A stretch of 63,825 nucleotides of DNA, counting the filler, from Rhabdomonas costata (taxonomy: Eukaryota): the NCBI GenBank assembly GCA_019059605.1. It is 27 parts of 27 records of this genome, joined end to end, with 100 filler letters (N's around TTAATTAATTAA, not from the genome) between each part and the next. Parts side by side here need not be neighbours in the genome. Positions count along the whole stretch, not along the records: positions 1 to 2,272 come from JAHMHO010004384.1; positions 2,373 to 4,641 come from JAHMHO010004385.1; positions 4,742 to 7,009 come from JAHMHO010004386.1; positions 7,110 to 9,377 come from JAHMHO010004387.1; positions 9,478 to 11,746 come from JAHMHO010004388.1; 22 more parts are not named here. One strand, written 5' to 3'. A model generated the notes under the pieces. That model was not told the DNA's origin. It saw only the letters and a list, made by a program, of their open reading frames with translations, and made no database searches. Positions 1-11,846 of the stretch are shown piece after piece. Position 1 is the first letter of the stretch. Every line of letters begins with the position of its first letter. The position numbers were made by a program, and so were the translations under genes.

Positions 1-2272
1 CCGCTTATGAATTTGTGGTGCCAGGCGGGATGTTCTTGCTGCTCGGTGCTTCCAAAAAGAAGCCGTCCCTGGTTTGTATTTTGCGATGGCGCGTCCGCTT
101 AATGGTTTGGTGGCTTTCATCCGGTGGTTTTGTTTTACCCAAAGTCCGGGGAGAAATCAAATGAAACGTTGCGCTGCGCCGCACGAGATACGGGGGCGAG
201 GTGCGAGCACAAGAACATGCAACCATAATGCCCGACAGACGTTCTTCCGCCGAAAACTATTCGAAACACTTAAAAAGCAAACAAAAACGGACACCTGCAA
301 AAAAAACGGATTGCACATTGCATCGCGTTCCGCGCTCTGAAATTCCTTGCAAACGCACCCATTGGACGACTGGATTTATACGCCTTGCATATTCAGGGGA
401 ATGAAAGCTTCGACCCAAACCACTAAGAATGTGACTGAACTGCGTCTCATTTACAAAGCACCGTGCGCTGCACACTTCTCCTGGGAACTCTTCCGCTTGA
501 TGAGTCTAATGCTTCGGTCCTAAAATCCTGGCGCGGATGGAAACAGAACAAATACATGCACATAAAGTCCCTGGACACGCACACACTGCGGTGTTTCGTT
601 TTTCAAGGCCGCTTACCATTTGAATGTCGTCGCGGTTACCTTGTCAGAGTTGAAACAGGCGTAGTGATTTTTTAAAGGTAGCCAAAATCTTGAAGGCACG
701 GAGCCCATGATTTTACCACATGCCATTACCGAATCTGCAGCCACGGAATTCACACTAGGTTTTTCTGAGGTACATTTTCTCCATCAATTAACTGTTTTAT
801 GACGCAATTTTGCGGGAACGACGACCAGATATCGGTCTTTAGTACCTTCCGGTCTCGGTCCCAGTGGTTGTTGAGGAGCATGCCCTGGACCTGCCGCTCT
901 CTCTACGCGCGGTGGTCCCACAGGGTGAAGATTGCGGAGCTCACAGGATGGCGTGGTCCCGGGGCAAAGATGTGATGAAGAAGAGGAAGAGGAGAAGCGG
1001 TGAACAGCATGCGTCTCTGCCGCGGCGATTGTCATGTGCCTTGACATTCTGCAGAGTGGAAACATTCAGACAGTGAGTCCGCTTGTGAATGTACACGCGC
1101 ACCACAACCAGCAAAATAATGTACGTTTCTGGCGTCTACGAATAGACGCCAGCAGATGGTTGTGGCGGATGAAAGCCCGCCACAAATTTAAGCGCCAAAG
1201 TCTTGCAGATACCACGTCCTACGCCGCGTTCCGCGTGACAGCGCAATTTTATGAAAGACAAAAATCGCCCCATTTTAGGTGGTTTAAATGGCCAATTGTG
1301 GCCAAGAATGAGCCCTAATATCATGAAGACTGCAATAGAGAGCCGCATCAAGAGCAGAAGTTGACTCAACACAAGTAAATTAGAGGGCTTTTGGCTGTGC
1401 ATGACGATACACATGAGCACACAGATGTTAAAGCAAGTGCAGCCTCACAGAAAGCAACCCTAAATCATGTACAGAATAAGCACATTTAGAATTAGACAAT
1501 ACGCACACAGATAAACTCCTAAATAGCTCATTGGCATATAGAATTCCAGTTACCTCTTGTTTCCATTTGGACCACAATGACATCAACTTAGCATTTGAGA
1601 AGGGGTGAACCGTAGGGTTGAACTGTACAAAAGCACTACTGAGTGAATATTATGCTTACGTGAGTCGCTTCGCTCCCATTAGTTTTAGTTTTTGATGTAA
1701 TATTGTGATTTAGGTTTGTGGTATTCGGTGTTCTTTGTTTTGTAATGATAGTGACGCTTGGAGTATTTCTTGATGTGGTATTTATGTTTCAGGAGTCATA
1801 TTTTCGTGCTGTGTATTTTGGGCATGGTATTAAGGAATTTGATTTTCGTGTCTGCATCGGCGGCCTACGTTTCGCATTTTTGTCTCTGCTTTAGGTGTTT
1901 GTGCTCAGGTTTGTGTCTCTAGATTATGTCTTGATATTCGCGCTTGTGTACTGGTATTGGTATTCGCATCAGGTATTCATGTTAAATGTCTTGGTTGGCA
2001 CAATCCAAACGGCAACCTTACATAAGACCAAACACACACGAGTAATACACCAAACCCCACTCACACACCTACAAGACACCAAACAGTACTCAAAACTAAA
2101 CTAAACTAAAACTCAACAAAACTCACCTCACCTGAAACACACCAAGACGTAATCTAAATGGCAGAAACCAGACGCAAGTACACAAAACCATATCCCTATT
2201 CAGTATGCCTTTGGAGAGCCTGTGGGGTATAGGCTAATACAGCCCATTGTTACAGTCCTGGGGTGAGGTGGA

Positions 2273-2372
2273 NNNNNNNNNNNNNNNNNNNNNNNNNNNN
2301 NNNNNNNNNNNNNNNNTTAATTAATTAANNNNNNNNNNNNNNNNNNNNNNNNNNNNNNNNNNNNNNNNNNNN
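2273..2372. other. Artificial contig spacer (first of 26 identical spacers, one every ~2.37 kb; last at 61459-61558)
   Basis: N44-TTAATTAATTAA-N44, which has stops in all six frames. Gene models and base composition break at every spacer. Confidence 0.99.
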
Positions 2373-3388
2373 GTGGTGGGTGTGTTTGTTTGGGGTGTTT
2401 TGCGCCGCAAAACCACCAGCATCAACGGCGCAGGGTAGAGGCCCATGGCCTCCGAAGAGGCGCCTTCGGACAGGTTAAAACGCCTCGTTTCACATCGCGT
2501 TCAAACCTTGATGTCCAGGTTCGCGGCCCAAAGAAAGCGGAAAGTGTCCGGACGTCCGGGGCGCAGAGAAAGTAGGAGCGGGAGTACCCTTGTCGTACTC
2601 GTCGGCCAAGGCGTGTTGTTCTTCGTTGGGCACGTTTGGTAAGGGGAATCATAAACCACAGGCCCATCATTTGGAGGGTTTTTATTTGTATTATCGCGGT
2701 GCAAACTTTCAGGTGCGTGCTCTAGAAGGATAATGATCAACAAACACCGGGGATACTGGTGAAAACCCAAATTAAGACCCAAATTTAAAACTTGGCTTTG
2801 AAGAGAGGCTCAAATGAAAATACGGCCGCCGTTTAGGTGCTTTGCGATACCAACGAGCTCGGTTGCAGCAGGGAGCGTAGTTTCTCCCCCCCCCCCGAAA
2901 AACATCCAGTAAGTCCCAAAGTGTCTCATTTCTTTTTACCAAAAGGCACAACACCTGAGAGCGTCATATTCGCCAATGTGTCCACCGCGAGATATTTTCT
3001 CGTTTTCATGGGCAGTCTTTAGAAGAATGCGGTCCTTACCAAGAAATCGGGCTTTGACCCCAAACCGATCTTTCCGTTTGCACCATGTCTTCTCTTTCAT
3101 TCTTTGTCCGTCGTTTTTGGAGTGAGTGAGGATACTGTGCTGCTCCGTGGTTTGCGAGTTCTAATGAGATGATGGATCCCTTTGAGTCCTTTGCGTTAGC
3201 GACTCTATGGAACAAACACTGAAGGAAAGAAAGTTTTCGCGAGTACAACTGACGGATAAAAAACAAACAACGTCAGCACTATCCAGTTGTACGCAGGTCA
3301 AATACAAATACGAAGTACAGAGACCCGATGACTTGCAAAAGCAAAACTGTTACAAGAAGTACATAAACCAACCAGCGAAAGCACAAGG

Positions 3389-4327
3389 TCACCAGAGTGG
3401 GACCTCGTACCACCCAGGGTCCGAAGGACGAACGTAATGGAAGTTGATGTCCAGAGAAGAAATTGCTTCCATATCATCCGCACTAAGCTCGAAGTCGAAG
3501 ATCTGCAAACCAGCAGAGGAAGTTCGTGGGTGAAAGCACAGCAATTTAGGACGTGAATTTGGAACATCATGACTTGAGCTTTGGATGCAGGGAACTCTCA
3601 AAGCTCGGTAAATCTTTTCGAAATTCTTTTTCATGGGGGTAGGGATGGGAAGCGACATAACCAGATTGCCCCGAAGCACATGACTGTGCAAAAAACAAGA
3701 CTTCTGCTTGTAGCACCATTCCTAACTTTTTCCATCACCGGACTCATACATCCGAGTCTTTCGCAAACCATGCAAAAACCACCATGGGACTCCACCACTC
3801 CGCAACCAAAGACAGCGACCCCTTCTCGCATTTCTCCTCTCTAAGGCACTGGGGAGAAAATCAGAGAGCAAGAACCTGCATGTTTTGGCGCAGCTCGGAG
3901 GGGACCACGGTTTTGGGGATCGCAGCCACCCCGCGCTGCAGGTGCCACCGCAGCACAACCTGGGCAGGGGACTTGCCGTGCCTGTTGCCCACCTGGGCAA
4001 GAGTGACGTCCTGGAGGGGGGTGTGCTCCCCAGACTGAGAAGAAGAGAAGGGTGTACAACGATCTCAGGCCGAAGATCGGAAAAGAGGAAAAGAGATGAA
4101 GACGATCCCTTTGCCATATAAATTTCTGCCATGAACTATCAACTAACTAACCAGCAACAAACAACCCTCCCATCTCTGAAGCTGAAAATGCTGAAGGGCG
4201 AGATTCTGACCGCTACGCCATTCACAACAGGCAAGCACGCCACATGCCAACTTGAACTGCCCGTAGCCCAAGGGAGCATATGCCATCAGTTGGATGCCCA
4301 ACTTCTTCAGATAGTCATGAAGTGTGC
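3389..4327 (-). CDS. Aldo-keto reductase, last three exons (4327-~4248, 4034-3876, 3502-3389 stop)
   Basis: Spliced translation TLHDYLKKLGIQLMAYAPLGYGQFKL / SGEHTPLQDVTLAQVGNRHGKSPAQVVLRWHLQRGVAAIPKTVVPSELRQNMQ / IFDFELSADDMEAISSLDINFHYVRPSDPGWYEVPLW*. It contains the AKR motifs AYxPLG, KSPAQVxLRW, IPK and FDFELS. Exon phases match. Confidence 0.92.
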
Positions 4328-5099
4328 CTGTAAAAAAGGGAAAAAGCGAAAAAAAAAGAGATTCATCACTAAAGAACTCCTTCTCACGGTTATCCGCACT
4401 CTTGCAGTCTTGAAGGATATGAAGAGCACCGGTCGTGCGATGGGGACAAGCAAAATCGAAACAGATGCCGTAGAGGGCAATTTGCACCCGAATGGAGAGG
4501 CTTTCCTATTTTGACGTCATCGGAGCGCAAGAAAGAGGGTAATGCAGAGCCGGAAGCCTATGAAAGGAACAAGAATCATGATGATCGTTGGAAGAACAGG
4601 GCAGCAGATTCCCAATCGCTGAAATATCTGTCCCACACACCNNNNNNNNNNNNNNNNNNNNNNNNNNNNNNNNNNNNNNNNNNNNTTAATTAATTAANNN
4701 NNNNNNNNNNNNNNNNNNNNNNNNNNNNNNNNNNNNNNNNNGGGGTTTTGTGGTAGTATTTACAAACAAGACCTCAGCGGACGCAGTCGTGGAATAATGA
4801 CAGTGTGGTGTGTTAAAAGACGCAGTTTGAAATGTTGTGTCCACTCATTTGTATAGAATTTGAGAAATTACAAAAATCTGAGCGCAGCTCAGGCAACGCA
4901 AATGGAGCAGACGTTTCTGACACAGATGACATCATTGTTCTAGATCATGCATCATCAGCAGCAGCAGCGTGCCGGTCACCACCTTACACAGGAGTTGCTG
5001 CGTAGAGTGGTTTCTGGACCATCAGCTGAATGTTTATATAGTGAATGAAGTACACAAGCTTCCACAACTCCAGAGGCGCTTGGAGAGTTGAGGAAATTG

Positions 5100-6790
5100 C
5101 ATGATAAATATTCAGAGTTTAAGAAGTACGATGGGAACCCAAACAATTTACTCCAGTGACTTGTGTACGCAGAAGATCTGAATGACTTCCTTAGGTTTCG
5201 AGATCAAGTAGAAAACCACCGAGTCCAGTTTCCACAGAGAGAAGTTATAATTAACCTTTTACGAGGTCATGTTTTGAGGAAGCGAATACGCAGATCTCTT
5301 AAAGAGTGTATGTGTTGTGGTATCACTTTTTCATAGACTGGATAAAACGTAACGTGTCCAAATAAGTGCGTAAGATTTTAGATCAGTCAAACTAGTGGTG
5401 CAAGACGAATGGCAGCTACGGTACACCTAAAAGGCCCACGTTGTCCACAGTTATGACCACATACCGCGAAAGTGTTGCGCATAGAGCTCCAGTAACTGTT
5501 CTAAGAATTTTGCAAAGTTTGCAAGGCCCGTTCTCATATCAACCAGATTTGAGCATGCAGAGCATCAGCAACGTTATTGCACAATTTCTGGAATGTAATG
5601 TGTAAATCTCCCATGCAACAGTATCCATATCCAACGTCGTATCCACATATATACTTACGCTTTCACATTTACGCGTTTTTGTCAGTTGTCACATTTGCTA
5701 GCAACATCTCAAAAGTTACGCCCTCGTTGCTCTGATACATTGGATATCTGTCAGTATACTCGATTGTACAGCACCCAACAGCAAACGTGGTTTTCCATTG
5801 ATTGTCTCACTTTTCCTTCACCCAACGCCACTCTCACCATCTGGTCTATGTCACATGATTCTTAGCGTTTTCATTCCTCATCCGACACTAAGAATCTGAC
5901 TCCACCACCATATCTGACACTAACCAAGGCTTCCTATGATTCTGCCATTCCCAGAGGTCTAATACTACGTACTGGAGACTCATTTCTATACTCCTGATCA
6001 TATGTTGAATCTTCCTCACAACCCACCATTCTGAAGAGTCAGGCACAGTTATCAGTGTTGCCTCCACCAGTTCCTTCCTCAGAACAATTTACAAGTGTGA
6101 CATTGACATTATACTCAACCCCTCTCAACTGCAGTAAATGTGGCGCTGGCGTTCTGTGCAAATCCTCCAGACGTAAGTCGAACAGATCTCACCAGTCACC
6201 TGTCACCAGTACCTCCATACCGACACCCATATTACCCTCATGTACACAGAAGTGTCTCCACCCACAACGTCCATGCGCGATTTTGACCATCGCTACTTTC
6301 TTCTACTTATGCAGACATATTATGTTCTATAACTTATTGCTCTAATTATTGCGCATAGCCTGCTAACGGAACGTTTTGCCTCTTTCTTTGCACCGCCTCG
6401 TTCTACATTGACCACCTGCACACTCCATCCAACGCAGCATTCTTACAACCATGAATATGACGTTATCTCAGATTCTAGCATGTCAAGCTGATTTCATCTC
6501 ACCTCCTACGCTCCTCGTCGTGTGTACACACACGTGAAAAGTGAATACTTCCATTTGGTTGACAATGAATCCACTACATCCATCACCACACTTTTCTTCA
6601 TATACTTCAGCATGTTATTTCACTCCTTTCACCGCCTGGATTTATATCGACGACGTAATCATGGTACATTTCACTTCCTGCACTTTTTTTTGCTCTTTTT
6701 TCATGCCAAATCATGACATTTGCTGGTTTAGACTTAGTTACAAATCCAAACTTGTACCAAAGACCTCTATCATTTGGCTCAAAAAAGCTG
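5100..6790 (+). mobile_element. Decayed retroelement: RT remnant resembling DIRS/Ngaro tyrosine-recombinase retrotransposons, with a possible gag remnant upstream
   Basis: ILPFG*Q* at 6545-6568, then in another frame WIYIDDVI at 6637-6660 and RLSYKSKLVPKTSIIWL (cf. DIRS-type KSxLxPxxxIxxLG). Gag-like KKYDGNP at ~5121. Many stops and frameshifts; no introns. Confidence 0.6.
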
Positions 6791-7209
6791 TCCTCGCAGA
6801 GGCTGATGTTCAGCAAAACCAATTCTAGTCTTGCGCAAACTCTGTCCTTCATTATGTTTTTTTGTTGCACAAGGTGTTACTTTCGCTCCCTACAACTCCT
6901 CTTTGGTACACTCATCATTTGTTCAAATTCTTTCCAGTGCCACATTCCTACCACTCAGTGTCTGGTACTTTCTGTTCACCGTCTTTACTTACGCGATACT
7001 ACACCCACCNNNNNNNNNNNNNNNNNNNNNNNNNNNNNNNNNNNNNNNNNNNNTTAATTAATTAANNNNNNNNNNNNNNNNNNNNNNNNNNNNNNNNNNN
7101 NNNNNNNNNGGTGTTTGGGATCAGGAGAGCTTCGTTGCAAGGTGGGTTTGGGTGATTCTTTGCATTCCAAAGAAAATACTGTTGTCAAGGACAAGCTTTC
7201 TGCTGTACT

Positions 7210-7881
7210 TTGCCGGAGGAGTGGGACAGCATTAGTTCAGTTCCGGAGGGCCAGTCTGAAGCTGGAGCAGAGCCTGGGGGGACTGCATTGATTCGCGAAT
7301 GGACTGCCGCGAAAGCAAAATGTCGCCACTCCCTCGGTCTCCATGCACCTTTCTCAGACGACCTTTCGCAGCTCCTGAGCCCGCGAAGCGGCGAGGAGAT
7401 GTGGGCAACGCGCTCCCCCGGGGCCTCTGCCCGCCATACGCCCTGCTTCGGTCCTCTGCACTCCGCGCCGTCTATGGTTACCATGGCGGTGCCCATGTAT
7501 GGGCACATCCCTGTGGTGCTGCCCACCCCACTGACGGCCAAGATCGAAGAGCTGACCCGGGAGTGTGAAAGCCTGCCCGACATCAAGTCCCTGGTGATGA
7601 CCTTGGCCTACCGGGTAGAGGCGCTTGAGAGCCAGGTCCGCATAAAGACAGAGAATGTGTGTTCATGGAAGCGGGTGTCGGTGGTCTTCAACCTCACTGC
7701 GAAACACTTGAAAGCGAGCCTTTTTGGGTTGAGAATTGGTGACACAGTTTTTCAGCAACCCCCCGTACCTCTCGAGCTTTTCTTGGAATTGAAGTTGAGA
7801 GAAATCGGTGTTAACGGGATTAACGTGACGACTATAATCGAGGACTGCTCCAAACGCTTCGTGAGGATGGGTGATCACTAG
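7210..7881 (+). CDS. Intronless ORF (223 aa) of unknown function, possibly TE-derived
   Basis: One of the longest ORFs in the window, with a coiled-coil-like stretch (KIEELTRECE...YRVEALESQV). No family recognised. Confidence 0.3.
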   Translation: MPEEWDSISSVPEGQSEAGAEPGGTALIREWTAAKAKCRHSLGLHAPFSDDLSQLLSPRSGEEMWATRSPGASARHTPCFGPLHSAPSMVTMAVPMYGHIPVVLPTPLTAKIEELTRECESLPDIKSLVMTLAYRVEALESQVRIKTENVCSWKRVSVVFNLTAKHLKASLFGLRIGDTVFQQPPVPLELFLELKLREIGVNGINVTTIIEDCSKRFVRMGDH

Positions 7882-9477
7882 GTCTCAAGAGGAGAGCATA
7901 CTGGCAAGAAACGCTCGCTATGGAACCCTGACTCCATTCCGATGCAGTGTGGATGCACTGCCGAGATGTCAAGCGACTCCTGCTCTATCGCAGACAAGGT
8001 CGATCCGGTGGTTATAGGTGGGGCAGTAGAGCAGGCCGGTCCTCACATTTTTGGGTGCTGCTACTGCAGCGGCTCTGTCCGTACTCTGGAGGGATCCCCA
8101 GCAGCAACGCTGCCAGCGTGCCCTCCTCCCCAACCTCCGCCTCGTCCAAGGCGGCTTCCGTGGACTGCAACAGTGTGGGCCCAAGCACCCCGACTTCAGC
8201 GAAGCCGTCTGGTGCTGGACGCCTCTCTCCGGCCGAGGTCCTAGCGGATAGCCTTTTGGTGGAGCCGTAACGCCAGGGCTGCGGAATACGCAGCGGAAAA
8301 CGTGCTTCTCTCTTCAGCGCACCGTGCTGTCTGACTCCCTCTCTCGCAAGCGGAAGGACGGGATCGGCTCGAATATGTCATTGGCGTTATGGAACTTGGC
8401 GACGGCATATCGTTGCTGCCTTGAGAAGGGCAGATCCACACCATACAGAGTATTTGGCTTGTGCCTTTTTCTGTACAGCAGTGGTCGCCCCTGAGGGTGT
8501 GCGGGATGAATGTTTGGAGTGCGGTGGGATGTGCCCGTTTTTGTCTGTGCTCAATCGTGCTCGAGAGGGCTTTCCCCCCCAAAAGGAAGGCTCTCTGGTT
8601 TATGTTTACATGCCTGTAATTTCTTCTGCTGTAATTACTGTATCTCACGGCACTTCATGACGACCACTCATGCCGCTTTTCAATACGTTTGCCTGGATTG
8701 GCCCGCAATCAATGCCTGGGTTCGCTTTTCTTCCCAGCCCCTGTCGGTTGTGCCCTTCGTGTCGACCACTTTTCACTTTCTCTGCTCGCTGCGTTGCAGC
8801 TTCCCCTTTGTCCCCTTTGTGCTTTTTGTCGTCGGGAAGTGGGGCTGCATCGTTTTCTGTCAGCTCCTCTTCCCCACCACCAGGTCACCACACCCTTCCC
8901 TTCCTCCCTTCGCCCAGGGAGAAATGATCTGGTGTGCGGGTAGGTGGGTCAACAGGGTTGGTTGGGTTGGGGCCAAAGTTGCCATCACCCTTATGCCTAA
9001 TCGAGACCAGCGAGTTCGACCGTGATATTAAGATATTAATTCGAGTTGATTCCCTGACAGTACCGTATTAGTACCTGTGTTTACCCTTTGTACCCGGCTC
9101 AGTGGGTGGGCAGGACATCTGAACTTAATGTGTAATTGAGTTGTTGCAATGCAAGTGGCCAGCGACGTCTTGAACGATCAGCACAAGTGTGACGCGTCGA
9201 GTGCCTCCCACAGGAGCAGGGCTCTGCACAGTTGGAAGAGGGGGGGGTGACATTGTGACATTAGACGTCCAACACTCGTCTAACGCTTCCTCACAAGCAA
9301 GTTGCCCCCCGCAACTGTGCACCGCTTTCTGCAATGCAAACCGCCCTCTGATCCGTCTACCCTCGCCACACACCCCCNNNNNNNNNNNNNNNNNNNNNNN
9401 NNNNNNNNNNNNNNNNNNNNNTTAATTAATTAANNNNNNNNNNNNNNNNNNNNNNNNNNNNNNNNNNNNNNNNNNNN

Positions 9478-10032
9478 GTTTTTGCGAGAGCTCCTCACAG
9501 TCGTCGACATTCACCTGAAAAGCCCAATGCGGTGCCATACCATCTCTGCTTTCCTTTGCAGCCCGCCCCCCTTGTCGGTTTCGGCCGTGAAAGCTGGAGC
9601 CAAATGGAAACATTGCTGCTGTGAGATCAGCTGCCAGCAGGCGTGCAGGCCGATCCCGAGTTAACTTCTTCTGGTCTTGGGGTCAGGTCTATGTCGTTCT
9701 CTTCGCACGAAATTCCGCTGCTGTGGAACACTCTGAACGACTTCAGCGGTTTACGGTGCGCTCGAAGGAAAGAAGGGACTACATCACCATCCAAAATCCA
9801 GAGTTTGTAAAGCGATTTCACAACGCTAAGCTGTTTGGGTGCCAGCGTGCATCTCGCAAACCTTCAGGAAGGTGACGTTGGGGTGCTGCTTGGACAGCTG
9901 CTCCACCACAGGGGCGATAGCTTTGCATGGGCCACACCACTCCGCGAAGAAGTCCACCAGAGTCAAAGGGTGAGACGCCAACTCTATCCGGAACTCCGCT
10001 GAGGAAATTCGGGATTCCACGGCCCTCACCAT
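9478..10032 (-). CDS. TRX: Thioredoxin (exon 1 10032-9862; exon 2 9514 to contig edge)
   Basis: [57 protein letters not shown] | [17 protein letters not shown] active site; phase-0 GTTTGC...TTTCAG intron. Confidence 0.95.
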
Positions 10033-10827
10033 TACTCTTTGATATGAAGAAACAAAGACCTGTACGGGGTGCCGATCTGGCCGCCAAACCTCTCTACAAT
10101 TTGACGAAAAGAGAGAGAATTGGAAGGAGTGCTATTATCGTGCCGCATACTCGACTCATGGGTGTATGGGGATTCGTCAAAAACCAGTTTCTGCACATTA
10201 AACCTTCAACACCGTTGAACGCATCACAACCCCCCCTCCCTTTCCCAAGTGCGGAGGTAAACATCGGTGCTTTCTCTCCAAAATCTGACATGATATGTGC
10301 AGACGGTTTTATCATGGATAAAAACGAAAAAGAAGAGGCCCTCCTCTGACTTGCCTCGCCTCCTCACGAAGGGGCGCCCTGGATGGTCGCATCAATGTCA
10401 ACTCACTCCAGATGCCACCTGACTGTTGAAGCATGTTGGAGCCCCAAAATGACTGCTCTAAAGACTCCCGTCCAAATTTTAAATTAACCTTAATCGGTCC
10501 CTCAAAACCGTTCGAAGAACCCGCCAAAGTCAGAAGCACCCCAGTAGTTCTGGTGCTGGAACTGCAGGGGAGGGCGGCTCAAAGGGCTCGCAGCCTACAC
10601 AAAGAAGCACCATCCACAAGTTCGACGTCCAAATCAAAAACGACACATGAAATCAGGAGCTTTTAAACCTAGAGCAATACACTGTGTCCGTTTACAATCA
10701 AAAAGGGATCGAAGAGGAGCACAAGAAGCTTTCCACATGTCCACGCCTCCAAAAAGTGCACAGCACGCACAGTTTAGTACAGTAGTTGACATAACGGCAG
10801 GATCACCGGTACACGTAACGGCAGCGG

Positions 10828-10977
10828 TTAGCTTCTGCGAAGGCGCCCCCTTTGGGCGACCAGTAGCCCGACCGCAACAGCCGCAACAGCAATGGCCACG
10901 AGGACCCCGAAGGTGGTCGGACCTCTACCGCCAGAAGAAGACTGACCCACGCCATCCTCCTCTTCGACTCGGGGAAC
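10828..10977 (-). CDS. Probable terminal exon of a protein with a C-terminal membrane anchor
   Basis: After the acceptor CTTCAG: VPRVEEEDGVGQSSSGGRGPTTFGVLVAIAVAAVAVGLLVAQRGRLRRS*. A hydrophobic helix is followed by a basic tail and a stop. Confidence 0.4.
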   Translation of the reverse strand, partial: VPRVEEEDGVGQSSSGGRGPTTFGVLVAIAVAAVAVGLLVAQRGRLRRS

Positions 10978-11846
10978 CTGAAGCAGCCTGTGCGTTGACC
11001 CCCCGGGGAAGCACACCCCCAAACAGAAAAATTAGTTTATCAACGCTCCATACGCGCCACGCGTAGAACAGGCCTGGACTCTGAAGTCATGGACACAGCG
11101 CTGGCATGATGAGTGTGTGGCCCCGAGAAGTGCGCTCCTCCTTCCAGGTATCCGTGTGTGCCGCGCCGCTGACAAGGTGACTCCCATCCGACGTCTGATC
11201 AGGTATCCGTTGCTGCCCACGACATCTGAGACAAGTGAACTTGGCAATTTTTATCACCAGTTTAATTACCAGGCGAGAAGATAGTGCCGAACCTTGGGTT
11301 TTGTTGGATGGCGGAAAACCATTGCCGAGAAAGGCGGGCTCGAAAGGCACGCAACAACACACACATACACACACACACACACCACGGAGCAAGGCTCTAC
11401 CAGGCATCCCATGATTGCACGGCTAGTGCAGTCTACTGGTGTCCCGACATGTGGGGACAAGTTGTGGTCTGGAGATAAGCCCCAATAGCTCCTCTGAACA
11501 TCCTCTCAAGCGAAGACTTCCTGCAACTTCGCTGCTCGCATAACTTCACCATTTTGCATTGCTTTGGGGACGGTTGTATTGCATCAGGGTGTGGGTGTGA
11601 TGGTCTTTATATCGCTGTGCCCTGTTCACAAGAAGGCTGGCGAGTTTTAGTGTGATTTCTGGGTGGGACGGTCGGAACCCTAGAAAGATTCTCTCGGGGC
11701 CCTTTGGTTGCCTAGGATGATTCATAGGATCGCCCATCAGCTCTCCNNNNNNNNNNNNNNNNNNNNNNNNNNNNNNNNNNNNNNNNNNNNTTAATTAATT
11801 AANNNNNNNNNNNNNNNNNNNNNNNNNNNNNNNNNNNNNNNNNNNN

